Positions 17,249 to 24,901 of a stretch of DNA of 32,000 bases are shown one piece after another; the stretch's first letter is position 1; every line of letters starts with the position of its first letter. The notes beneath the pieces were generated by a model. The model was given only the letters and a program-made list of their open reading frames with translations. It did not search any database and was not told the origin of the DNA. The stretch lies in NCBI RefSeq assembly GCF_001652585.1, contig NZ_LWLG01000002.1, forward strand, positions 60,001-92,000. Reading direction: 5' to 3'. Origin of the DNA: Thermosulfurimonas dismutans. GTDB taxonomy: Bacteria; Desulfobacterota; Thermodesulfobacteria; Thermodesulfobacteriales; Thermodesulfobacteriaceae. The position numbers and the translations under genes were made by a program.

Positions 17249-19486
17249 ATGGCTTTGACGGATGCCCTTTTTACTGGAACCAGCGGACTTAAAAGTTTGG
17301 GACACGGTATGAGTGTGGTAGGAGATAACGTATCCAACCTCAATACTACGGCTTTCAAGGGGGCTCGGGTCACCTTTCAGGATGTAATGGCCCAGAGCAT
17401 CAACACAGCCTCAGGCTCTGGACAGCTTGGTCGAGGAGCTACAGTCCAGGCCCTCTATCCTACCTTTGGGCAAGGATCCTTTGAGTCCACCGCCAATCCC
17501 ACAGATTTAGCTATTGCCGGAAATGGCTTCTTCATTGTAAAGGAGCCCGGCTCAACCGGAAACCTTTTTTATACCCGAGACGGTCAATTCATGGTGGACA
17601 AAAACGGTTACTTAGTAAACCCCGCTGGGTTCCGGATCCAAGGCTGGCAAATAGACGAAAATACCGGGGATATCACCGGAGCCATTACCGATATCCGCAT
17701 CGATCGCACCTCTCCTCCGGTAGCCACTTCCAAGATCGATGTCATCACTAATCTGGACGCCCGCGAAGATATCGAAACCATGGTGATTAACCTTAACGGA
17801 AATATAACTGATGGCGGATCGGCTGAGACTACCTTTGTAATCCGGGATATAGATGGAAACGACAATAAGATTTACGTAAAACTCACCTACAACGCCATTC
17901 TTAACAAATGGGATTACGAGATAAGAAAAAATAGTGCTACCGGAGCTATCCTGGCCCAGGGAACGGATTCTACAGCTACCCGGGCCACCATCCAGCTACC
18001 CTCTACAGGAGAAAACATAATAATTGACTGGAGTACCGTTACCCATACGACTACGGGAAATTTGATCTCCGCTCCTGGACGAGAAGGAAGGGTAGAAATT
18101 AGTGACGGAGGCACGCCTATCAGTAACAATAACTGGGTATATACGGATTTCACCCTTAAAGACGCCAACGGCACGGATCGGAACTTGAGGATATGGCTTT
18201 ATTACGATGGTGGCGATGGACGATGGGACTATTATGTAGTTGAAAATCCCGATCCTGGAGCTACTGATCCTGCCTCTGAGACCGGAACCATCCTGGCCCG
18301 CGGACAAAATGTAAACGAAACCTCAGCGTACTTTTTCCTAGATGGAACTACACAGATGGCAACTATTGATTGGAGTTTGGTTGGCACAGGCGGAACCGGA
18401 AACACGATTACAGTAGATAATAAGTATGCACTTCAAGAAGTTAGTTCTCTTTTTGACCGCTGGGATGCTCGTAACGAAACTCCCTTGGCCTCTACCGAAT
18501 ATACCTACCGCACCACCCTAACCATCTACGATTCTCTGGGAACTCCGCATGAGATAACTATCTATTATGACACCACCACCAAGGACAATACTTACGAATT
18601 CTTGGTAACTTGCAGTCCCACGGAAGACCAACGGGATTTCACTAAAGACACTGATCCTATGAAGTGGTTAACGGAAGAAGGGAGTGTGCCAGTTACAAAA
18701 GACATTCCTTCCGGAAGCACTTTTGCCAAGGCCAAACAAGGCGTACTCATGTACGGTAGACTAGCCTTTGACAACCAGGGAAACGTCAAAAATTTCTATC
18801 AAACCTACCGTCTGGACGCTAATACGGGTGCCTTGGTAAAAGTTATAGATCAGAATGGACTTCCGGTACCTGATCCTTTGGATGGCTTTGATGCCCTTGG
18901 AGCCAATGGCTATCCCATCTTTATTGCAGACTTTTTGGGAATAGATCTAGTGGATAACCGTCCCGCAGGCTCTGAACAGTATCAAGGGGCCTCTCGGAAT
19001 GACCTTCAGCAGATTGAACTCAATTTTGGTTACTTCTATAAAGATTCTTGGCGTTCGGAGTCTGTAAGAACCACCCAGTACGCCACAAGTAACTCCACCA
19101 TCTTTTATGACCAGGACGGCTTCGGACCGGGATCTCTGGAATCTCTTTCCGTGGACACCGATGGTGTCATAACTGGACATTATTCTAACGGCCGGGTGAT
19201 TCCGCTCTGGATGGTAGCCCTCGCTAATTTCAACGCCCCGGAAAGACTAGACAAGGTAGGCGGCAACCTCTTCCGAGAGACCACCCATTCTGGGCCGCCT
19301 ATCACCGGAAAACCCCGCACCAATGGGCTTGGCTCCATCGCCCCTAATAGCCTAGAGCAGTCCAACGTAGATCTGGGTGAGCAGTTTGTGAAGATGATCA
19401 TCTTTCAGCGGGGCTTTCAGGCCGACGCCCGCATTATTACGGTAACCGACACCATGCTAGACGAGCTCATCAACCTCAAACGATAA
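17249..19486 (+). CDS. flgE: Flagellar hook protein FlgE paralogue (long form, 745 aa) with large inserted outer domains
   Basis: Same N- and C-terminal rod/hook motifs (GMSVVGDNVSNLNTTAFKG; NSLEQSNVDLGEQFVKMIIFQRGFQADARIITVTDTML). The core is collinear with the upstream paralogue (TLTIYDSLGTPHEITIYYDTTTKDNTYEFLV versus TKVYDPTGVEHQLTIYFDTTDQNNQYEILV). GGAGG lies 8 nt before the ATG. Confidence 0.85.
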   Translation: MALTDALFTGTSGLKSLGHGMSVVGDNVSNLNTTAFKGARVTFQDVMAQSINTASGSGQLGRGATVQALYPTFGQGSFESTANPTDLAIAGNGFFIVKEPGSTGNLFYTRDGQFMVDKNGYLVNPAGFRIQGWQIDENTGDITGAITDIRIDRTSPPVATSKIDVITNLDAREDIETMVINLNGNITDGGSAETTFVIRDIDGNDNKIYVKLTYNAILNKWDYEIRKNSATGAILAQGTDSTATRATIQLPSTGENIIIDWSTVTHTTTGNLISAPGREGRVEISDGGTPISNNNWVYTDFTLKDANGTDRNLRIWLYYDGGDGRWDYYVVENPDPGATDPASETGTILARGQNVNETSAYFFLDGTTQMATIDWSLVGTGGTGNTITVDNKYALQEVSSLFDRWDARNETPLASTEYTYRTTLTIYDSLGTPHEITIYYDTTTKDNTYEFLVTCSPTEDQRDFTKDTDPMKWLTEEGSVPVTKDIPSGSTFAKAKQGVLMYGRLAFDNQGNVKNFYQTYRLDANTGALVKVIDQNGLPVPDPLDGFDALGANGYPIFIADFLGIDLVDNRPAGSEQYQGASRNDLQQIELNFGYFYKDSWRSESVRTTQYATSNSTIFYDQDGFGPGSLESLSVDTDGVITGHYSNGRVIPLWMVALANFNAPERLDKVGGNLFRETTHSGPPITGKPRTNGLGSIAPNSLEQSNVDLGEQFVKMIIFQRGFQADARIITVTDTMLDELINLKR
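17828..18412 (+). repeat. Protein-level tandem duplication (two modules of about 80-90 aa) inside the long FlgE paralogue
   Basis: aa 194-274 (TTFVIRDIDGNDNKIYVKLTYNAILNKWDYEIRKNSATGAILAQG...IIIDWSTVTHTTTGNLIS) aligns with aa 299-388 (TDFTLKDANGTDRNLRIWLYYDGGDGRWDYYVVEN...TGTILARG...ATIDWSLVGTGGTGNTIT). Shared anchors are F..D.G.D, WDY, TG.ILA.G, IDWS.V and TGN.I. Confidence 0.6.
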
Positions 19487-19514
19487 TTCTTAAAAGATTT
19501 CGGGATATTATAAA

Positions 19515-19539
19515 GGCGGGCCTTCGGTCCGCCTTTTTT
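19515..19539 (+). terminator. Rho-independent terminator after the hook operon
   Basis: GGCGGGCC-TTC-GGTCCGCC hairpin (one G-T wobble) followed by TTTTTT, starting 29 nt after the flgE2 stop. Confidence 0.7.
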
Positions 19540-19542
19540 CAT

Positions 19543-19570
19543 TTCATAAATTGATCTTTTCGGATAGAAT
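19543..19570 (+). promoter_or_regulatory. Candidate sigma-70 promoter for rnr: TTCATA-16 nt-TAGAAT
   Basis: TAGAAT at 19565-19570 and TTCATA at 19543-19548. The predicted TSS lies only about 5-8 nt before ATG 19582, implying a very short leader. No convincing SD is present. Confidence 0.35.
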
Positions 19571-19581
19571 GGCTAAGTAAG

Positions 19582-21735
19582 ATGGCTCGTCGAAAAAAAA
19601 AGAAAAAGAAAAGTCTATCTGACCTTCCTATTGAGGAAGCCATCCGGGAGGCCATGCGAGAGGCCGGAAGGCCCCTTCTCCTGCGAGAACTTTACCATCT
19701 CCTAAATATTCCCAAAAGCGAGAGGCCGACTTTCAGGAAACTCATCAAACGTCTAGTAAAAAAGGGACTTCTTATCCACATCAAGGGCAAGCGTTACGGA
19801 CTCCCTGAAAGCATGCCCCTTGTCACCGGAAGGCTTTCGGTGCACCCTGATGGCTACGCCTTTGTAAATCCCGAGGACGAAAAAGAGCCCTCCGTATTCA
19901 TCCCTCCAGGAAGACTCAAAGGGGCCCTTCATGGGGATCTGGTGGTGGCCCGCATAGAGAAGCATACCCGCAAAGGCCCCGAAGGTTCGGTCATCCGGGT
20001 CCTTGAAAGGGGGCGCAAGAAAATCGTGGGCTTCTTCTACCAGAGCCATAGGGTTTCCACCGTTATACCCGAAGACGAGCGTCTTCCCATAGAAATTCTC
20101 ATTCCTCCCGACAGGACCCGCGGAGCCGAACACGGGGACATGGTGGTGGCCGAAATTACGGATTTCTCCCCAGGAAGACGCATCCCGGAAGGACGCATCG
20201 TAGAAGTCTTGGGAGATCCGGAGAATCTCAACACCCAAGCCAAAGCCGTAATCTACAATTATGACCTCCCCCACCGTTGGAATCGCAGGGTAAGAAAGGA
20301 GTTGGAGACCATCTCGGAGGAAGTGCGACCGGAGGATAAAGCTGGCCGTAGGGATCTTACCCGGGTCCCCCTAGTCACCATTGACGGCGAAAATGCCCGG
20401 GACTTTGATGATGCCGTTTGCGTAAGAAGGACCCGCACGGGCTACAAGCTCTATGTGGCCATCGCAGATGTGTCACACTATGTTCCCCCGGGCTCGGCCC
20501 TCGATGAAGAAGCCTATTTTCGCGGAACCAGTGTCTATTTTCCCAACATGGTCATTCCTATGTTTCCGGAGAAACTTTCAAATGGAATCTGCAGTCTCAA
20601 TCCCCGGGTGGAGAGACTGGCCATGACCGTGGAGATAGATTTCGACCCCGAGGGCCGGGTTCGCCGAAGCCGATTTTATCCTGCGGTGATCTTCAGCCAC
20701 GCTCGTCTCACTTACACCGAGGTCAAGGCCATGCTGGTTGACCGTGATCGAGAGCTACGCCGGAAGTACAAGCCTCTTTTGCGGATGCTTGAGAACGCCG
20801 CGGAATTGGCCATGCTCCTCCGGGAAAGGCGTCTTGCCCGTGGAAGTATAGATTTAGATCTCCCCGAACCGGAGGTGAGACTTGATCTCCAAGGCGAAAT
20901 CGAGGACATCGTGCGCCGGGAAAGGCATCTAGCTCACTTCATCATTGAAGAATTCATGATCGCGGCCAATGAGGCCGTAGCCCGTTTTCTTACGGAAAAG
21001 GGCTACCCCTTTCTTTACCGCGTGCATGAGGCCCCGGAGCCCTTGAAACTTAAAGAGTTCGTAGAGTTCGCTCGTAGCCTAGGACTGGATCTTGAAGTGC
21101 CTGTGGAAGCCGATCCTTTGTGGGTTCAGGAGGTCATCAGACTTTCGGCCGGTAAACCCTACGCCTATCTGGTAAATACCTTGCTTCTTCGCTCCATGAA
21201 ACAGGCCCATTATTCCCCGGAAAACATAAAACACTTTGGCCTGGCCTCGGACTGTTACTGTCACTTCACCTCCCCGATTAGGCGCTATCCGGATCTAGTC
21301 GTCCACCGGACCCTTAAAGCGGCCCTCAAAAGGAAACGGCCTCCCTATTCTTACGAGGAACTAGTTGATAAAGGTAAGCACCTCTCCCAGCGAGAGCGCA
21401 CGGCTATGGAAGCCGAACGGGAGATGTTTGAAAGAGTCCAGGTGCGCTTTATGCGGGAGCACATTGGAGAGGCCTTCACCGGCATCATCTCCGGGGTCAC
21501 GGCCTTCGGCTTTTTTGTAGAACTTGAGGAATACTTCGTCTCCGGCGTGGTGCGACTGGTGGATCTGCACGACGACTATTATTTTCTGGATGAGAAAAAT
21601 CACCGGCTCGTGGGCCGCCGAACCGGAAGAACTTTTCGTATAGGAGACCGGGTGAGGGTCCGGGTCAAAGATGTCAACCTGCGCAGGAGACACGTCACCT
21701 TCGAATTAATAGAAAAACTAAACGGTAAGTCCTGA
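19582..21735 (+). CDS. rnr: Ribonuclease R (3'-5' exoribonuclease, RNB family)
   Basis: N-terminal HTH and cold-shock-like OB regions, an RNB catalytic domain (VTIDGENARDFDDAV..., HFGLASDCYCHFTSPIRRYPDLVVHR) and a C-terminal S1 domain. Confidence 0.95.
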   Translation: MARRKKKKKKSLSDLPIEEAIREAMREAGRPLLLRELYHLLNIPKSERPTFRKLIKRLVKKGLLIHIKGKRYGLPESMPLVTGRLSVHPDGYAFVNPEDEKEPSVFIPPGRLKGALHGDLVVARIEKHTRKGPEGSVIRVLERGRKKIVGFFYQSHRVSTVIPEDERLPIEILIPPDRTRGAEHGDMVVAEITDFSPGRRIPEGRIVEVLGDPENLNTQAKAVIYNYDLPHRWNRRVRKELETISEEVRPEDKAGRRDLTRVPLVTIDGENARDFDDAVCVRRTRTGYKLYVAIADVSHYVPPGSALDEEAYFRGTSVYFPNMVIPMFPEKLSNGICSLNPRVERLAMTVEIDFDPEGRVRRSRFYPAVIFSHARLTYTEVKAMLVDRDRELRRKYKPLLRMLENAAELAMLLRERRLARGSIDLDLPEPEVRLDLQGEIEDIVRRERHLAHFIIEEFMIAANEAVARFLTEKGYPFLYRVHEAPEPLKLKEFVEFARSLGLDLEVPVEADPLWVQEVIRLSAGKPYAYLVNTLLLRSMKQAHYSPENIKHFGLASDCYCHFTSPIRRYPDLVVHRTLKAALKRKRPPYSYEELVDKGKHLSQRERTAMEAEREMFERVQVRFMREHIGEAFTGIISGVTAFGFFVELEEYFVSGVVRLVDLHDDYYFLDEKNHRLVGRRTGRTFRIGDRVRVRVKDVNLRRRHVTFELIEKLNGKS

Positions 21736-22416
21736 AAGAACCTCTACGGCCAGTTCCGAAACCCGGGCCCGCCTGAAGTCCGGCCCCTCAAAGAAGAAAA
21801 GTTCAAAGTCATCGGCACGGAGTCTTTCAAGAGGGACCTTCAGTCTTTCACTCCCAGGAAAGGGCAGAAGTCTTCCTAGCGCCCAAGTTGAAAGTCCGGC
21901 GGTTACATGATCAGGAGACTCAAGAAGAGGCAGGAGATACTCGTGGGCCCTTAACTCCACCAGACGCTCCCTTTCCTTGGCACTCAATCGTCCGATACCC
22001 CAGGCTACCCCGCGTTGGGCCGGAGGATACTCAAGCATGTTGCCATCCGGACGAATATAAGAAACCAGGATATGGGTATACTCTTCTGCCAGCCCCGCAT
22101 GATGGTAGAGACACTCGGCCAGAGCCTCCGGAGCCCCCCAGGCCATTCCCCCGGACTCCTCGTTCAGCATCCACATGAGACGCCGGATCACAACCCTGGC
22201 AGCCTCCATGTCCTCATCGGCTATACGGGCCACCGTGGGCCCCAAGGCCAGAATAGCCAGCCACCTTACCCGTTCGTCCCGATGACAGAAGGCTCCGATG
22301 AGAGGACTCACCAGTTTACGAGGAGGAAAGGCCCTGAGCCCCTCGTAGAGGCTTTTTAGGTCTTTGACCCCTTTGAGGAAGCTCAGGACCTCTCTCTTGA
22401 AAGCTCTTCTAAACAC
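21718..22416 (-). CDS. Uncharacterised HEAT/armadillo-like repeat protein (232 aa), last gene of the dfx-rd-fprA operon
   Basis: Helical-repeat signature (LIGAFCHRDERVRWLAILALG..., ...HVTAGLSTWALGRL) with no catalytic motif recognised. The GTG start (22416) overlaps the fprA stop by 8 nt. The function call is weak. Confidence 0.55.
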   Translation of the reverse strand: MFRRAFKREVLSFLKGVKDLKSLYEGLRAFPPRKLVSPLIGAFCHRDERVRWLAILALGPTVARIADEDMEAARVVIRRLMWMLNEESGGMAWGAPEALAECLYHHAGLAEEYTHILVSYIRPDGNMLEYPPAQRGVAWGIGRLSAKERERLVELRAHEYLLPLLESPDHVTAGLSTWALGRLLPFPGSERLKVPLERLRADDFELFFFEGPDFRRARVSELAVEVLSGLTV

Positions 22417-23611
22417 TACAGGCTTCCTTTACCTTCTGCGCCAAAAGCCTTCCGAGCTCCTCACACTTCTTGAGATCCTCTGCGGTGGGAGCATACTTCA
22501 CCCTAAAGCCCTCGTGCACGATCTCGGTCTTGGTCTCTTCAAAAATCTTGTTTAGGTGTTTTACAGCCTCACCGCTCCATCCATAGGAACCGAAGGCGAA
22601 CCCCAGCTTCTGCCTGGGCCTAAGGCCTTTCATATAGGTGGTAAAGCCCGCCACGGTGGGTAGCAATCCGTTATTCAAAGTGGAGGACCCAAAAGCGAGC
22701 CCTTTGGCCTCAAGGACTTCAGCCATGAGTTCGGTTTCGTCCGAGACCGAAAGTTTAAACAGTTCGGCCTCAATGCCTTCCTTCACCACCCCCTCGTAAA
22801 CCGCCCATGCCATCTTTTCCGTGCTATTCCACATGGTGTCATAAATTACCAACACTTTAGAGTTGGCCTCATATCGGCTCCAGCGATCATAAGCCTCTAT
22901 GATTTCTTTAACGTGCTTTCGCCAGATCACCCCGTGATCCGGACAGATCATCTCAATCTCAAGCTTGAGGTCCTTGATGGCCTTCAGGGTCTTTTGGACC
23001 TGTGGAGAAAAGGGAAGCACGATATTAGCGTAATACTTGGCCACTTCCTGAAAAAGTTCACAGAAGTCGGCCTCATCGTCAAAGCGGGTGCTGGTGGCGT
23101 AATGTTCCCCGAAGGCATCCTGGGAAACAAGGAGTTTATCCTCAGGGATATAGGAAACCATGCTGTCCGGCCAGTGGACCATAGGGGTTTCAATAAATTT
23201 CACCGTGCGGCGGCCAAGCTTGAGCTCATCCCCGGTCTTGACCTCCACGAAAGGCCAATCCTCCTGGTGAAAATAGCCGATCATTCCCAGCCGACCGTTG
23301 CGAGTACAAAAGATCTTATCGGGTTTAATAGCCTCCACCACCTTAGCGATGGCCCCACCGTGATCGGGTTCAATGTGGTTGATGATGAGGTAATCTATCT
23401 TTTCGGGATCTCCAATGACTTCCCGAATATGGGCCATAAGAGTCTCAAAAAAGGGCTCCTTCACTGTATCAAACAAGGCTATCTTTTCATCCACTAGCAA
23501 ATAAGCGTTGTAGGTAGTACCACGATGAGTGGTGTAACCGTGAAAGTCTCGCACATTCCAGTCCACGGCCCCTACCCAATAAAAACCATCCTTGATCTTG
23601 ACCGCTCCCAT
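22409..23611 (-). CDS. fprA: Flavodiiron protein (FprA family; rubredoxin:oxygen/NO oxidoreductase, ROO-like)
   Basis: Metallo-beta-lactamase-like diiron domain with INHIEPDHGG (HxExDH) and a C-terminal flavodoxin-like domain (VLVIYDTMWNSTEKMA). GGAGGTGA SD. Confidence 0.92.
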   Translation of the reverse strand: MGAVKIKDGFYWVGAVDWNVRDFHGYTTHRGTTYNAYLLVDEKIALFDTVKEPFFETLMAHIREVIGDPEKIDYLIINHIEPDHGGAIAKVVEAIKPDKIFCTRNGRLGMIGYFHQEDWPFVEVKTGDELKLGRRTVKFIETPMVHWPDSMVSYIPEDKLLVSQDAFGEHYATSTRFDDEADFCELFQEVAKYYANIVLPFSPQVQKTLKAIKDLKLEIEMICPDHGVIWRKHVKEIIEAYDRWSRYEANSKVLVIYDTMWNSTEKMAWAVYEGVVKEGIEAELFKLSVSDETELMAEVLEAKGLAFGSSTLNNGLLPTVAGFTTYMKGLRPRQKLGFAFGSYGWSGEAVKHLNKIFEETKTEIVHEGFRVKYAPTAEDLKKCEELGRLLAQKVKEACSV

Positions 23612-23644
23612 TTACTCACCTCCTTACTAATAGTACTTTGTTCT

Positions 23645-23809
23645 TTAACCTTTCACTGGCGAAAACTCACTTTTAGCGGCTCCACAAACCGGACAGGTCC
23701 AGTCATTTGGTAAAGCCTCAAAAGCCGTTCCCGGAGGATAGCCCTGATCGGGGTCTCCCTGTGCGGGGTCATAGATGTAACCGCAGACATTACACTGATA
23801 CTTCTCCAT
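23645..23809 (-). CDS. rub: Rubredoxin (54 aa; absent from the supplied ORF track)
   Basis: Hand translation of the minus strand gives [54 protein letters not shown]. It has two CxxCG knuckles and a classic rubredoxin core. GGAGG lies 6 nt before the ATG. Confidence 0.9.
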   Translation of the reverse strand: MEKYQCNVCGYIYDPAQGDPDQGYPPGTAFEALPNDWTCPVCGAAKSEFSPVKG

Positions 23810-23824
23810 CTTCGGCCTCCCTAA

Positions 23825-24226
23825 CTAAGACTTGTAAGGTTCGCAAACTTTGGAGGATTCCCAAAGCCCATGCAAATTACAGTACTCTCTGGCAGTCACC
23901 TTTTCAGCCTCTACGCAGAAAAAGGCCTCTGGAGCCTCTCCAGGCTTTAAAAACTGGATATAGGACTTGCCATCCGCCTGAAGCACGATCCACTGGATAT
24001 AATGTTTTTCCTCCATCGGATGAGGTACACTGCCCACTTTGACCTTGAAGCCCCCCTCCACCTTCTCAATTATCGGAACATGTTTTTCTTCCGAAGCATC
24101 TACAGAACCGGCACGGAGGAACTCCATGGGTTGACCACAACAAACCAGCTCTCCTTGGCCAGTGTTGAGTACCATTACAATGTTGCCGCATACATTACAC
24201 CTGTAAATACCTAATTTCTCAGTCAT
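23825..24226 (-). CDS. dfx: Desulfoferrodoxin (2Fe superoxide reductase)
   Basis: Desulforedoxin-like N-domain ([27 protein letters not shown]) and an SOR centre II domain (KHVPIIEK..., [19 protein letters not shown]). Confidence 0.92.
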   Translation of the reverse strand: MTEKLGIYRCNVCGNIVMVLNTGQGELVCCGQPMEFLRAGSVDASEEKHVPIIEKVEGGFKVKVGSVPHPMEEKHYIQWIVLQADGKSYIQFLKPGEAPEAFFCVEAEKVTAREYCNLHGLWESSKVCEPYKS

Positions 24227-24258
24227 CTTAAGCCCCCTTTTGTGGATTTAGTTTATTT

Positions 24259-24291
24259 ACTATACCTAAATAGGTAAAATGGATTTGTCAA
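24259..24291 (-). promoter_or_regulatory. Candidate promoter of the dfx operon: TTGACA-21 nt-TATAGT, with palindrome TACCTA-AA-TAGGTA (24263-24276) overlapping the -10
   Basis: The minus strand reads GAC-TTGACA-AATCCATTTTACCTATTTAGG-TATAGT-AAATAAAC...GGGGGCTTAAG-ATG. The hexamers and the 6-2-6 palindrome were seen directly. Confidence 0.4.
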
Positions 24292-24299
24292 GTCCAGAT

Positions 24300-24611
24300 T
24301 CAAGAAAGCATCTCGTATAAAAATCGAAGTTCCCTTTGGACTTCTTTCAATAGCTCTTCAGGATTGGCAGGCTTGGACGAACGGGAGAGTGCTTTGCGGG
24401 CTCCGGCAATAGTGTAACCTTCCTCATAAAGGAGTCTCTTTATCCTTTTCAGGATTTCTATTTGATCAGAGCGATAAAAACGCCGTCCAGCTATACGGAG
24501 AGGTTTAAGTTGAGGAAATTCCTTCTCCCAGTAACGGATAACATGGGGCTCTAGGCCGAGAAACTCGGCCACTTCTCCAATGGTGTAGTAGCGGCCCTCA
24601 TCTTTCAGCAT
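24300..24611 (-). CDS. Short MerR-family transcriptional regulator (wHTH only, 103 aa)
   Basis: YYTIGEVAEFLGLEPHVIRYWEKEF...RFYRSDQIEILKRIKRLLYEEGYTIAGARKAL is a MerR-type HTH. It overlaps the ihfA stop by 14 nt. The position downstream of pheST-ihfA is conserved in other bacteria (for example Pseudomonas). Confidence 0.85.
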   Translation of the reverse strand: MLKDEGRYYTIGEVAEFLGLEPHVIRYWEKEFPQLKPLRIAGRRFYRSDQIEILKRIKRLLYEEGYTIAGARKALSRSSKPANPEELLKEVQRELRFLYEMLS

Positions 24612-24897
24612 GCAAAAAAGCTTTAAGAGTAGGAGACGGCCTGAAAAGAACCGTTTTACCCCCGGAAATAATAATACTCTCCCCCGTCCGGGGATTTATC
24701 CCTCGCCGGGGTTTCCTCTTGTGTACCCTAAAAGTTCCGAAGTGTACAATCTTGACCTCTTCGCCGCGTTCCAGAGCCACTTTGATTTCCTCAAGAATAG
24801 CTTCCACAAACCGATACATGCTCCTTACCGAAAAACCAAATCGTTGGTGAAGCCGTTCTGCAAGATCTCTCTTGGTAAAAGTTTTCTTGGCCGCCAT
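24598..24897 (-). CDS. ihfA: Integration host factor alpha subunit (HU/IHF family)
   Basis: 99 aa. FGTFRVHKRKPRRGINPRTGESIIISGGKTVLFRPSPTLK is the DNA-binding beta-arm with the conserved Pro. Classic position after pheT. Confidence 0.85.
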   Translation of the reverse strand: MAAKKTFTKRDLAERLHQRFGFSVRSMYRFVEAILEEIKVALERGEEVKIVHFGTFRVHKRKPRRGINPRTGESIIISGGKTVLFRPSPTLKAFLHAER

Positions 24898-24901
24898 AAT
24901 T

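Noticed and set aside
17242-17292. Alternative ATG at 17242 for the long flgE paralogue
   Set aside because: It is out of frame with the FlgE reading frame, lies only 1 nt from the SD, and terminates after 17 codons.
22913-23497. 194-aa plus-strand ORF inside fprA, and 19753-20274 (minus) inside rnr
   Set aside because: Antisense shadow ORFs of confidently assigned genes, with no independent support.
24259-24291. Firm assignment of the dfx promoter as MerR-activated by the adjacent MerR-like gene
   Set aside because: The spacer is 21 nt rather than the classical 19-20 nt, and the palindrome is offset toward the -10 instead of centred. The merR-like gene also belongs to the conserved pheST-ihfA block. 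It is kept as a hypothesis only.
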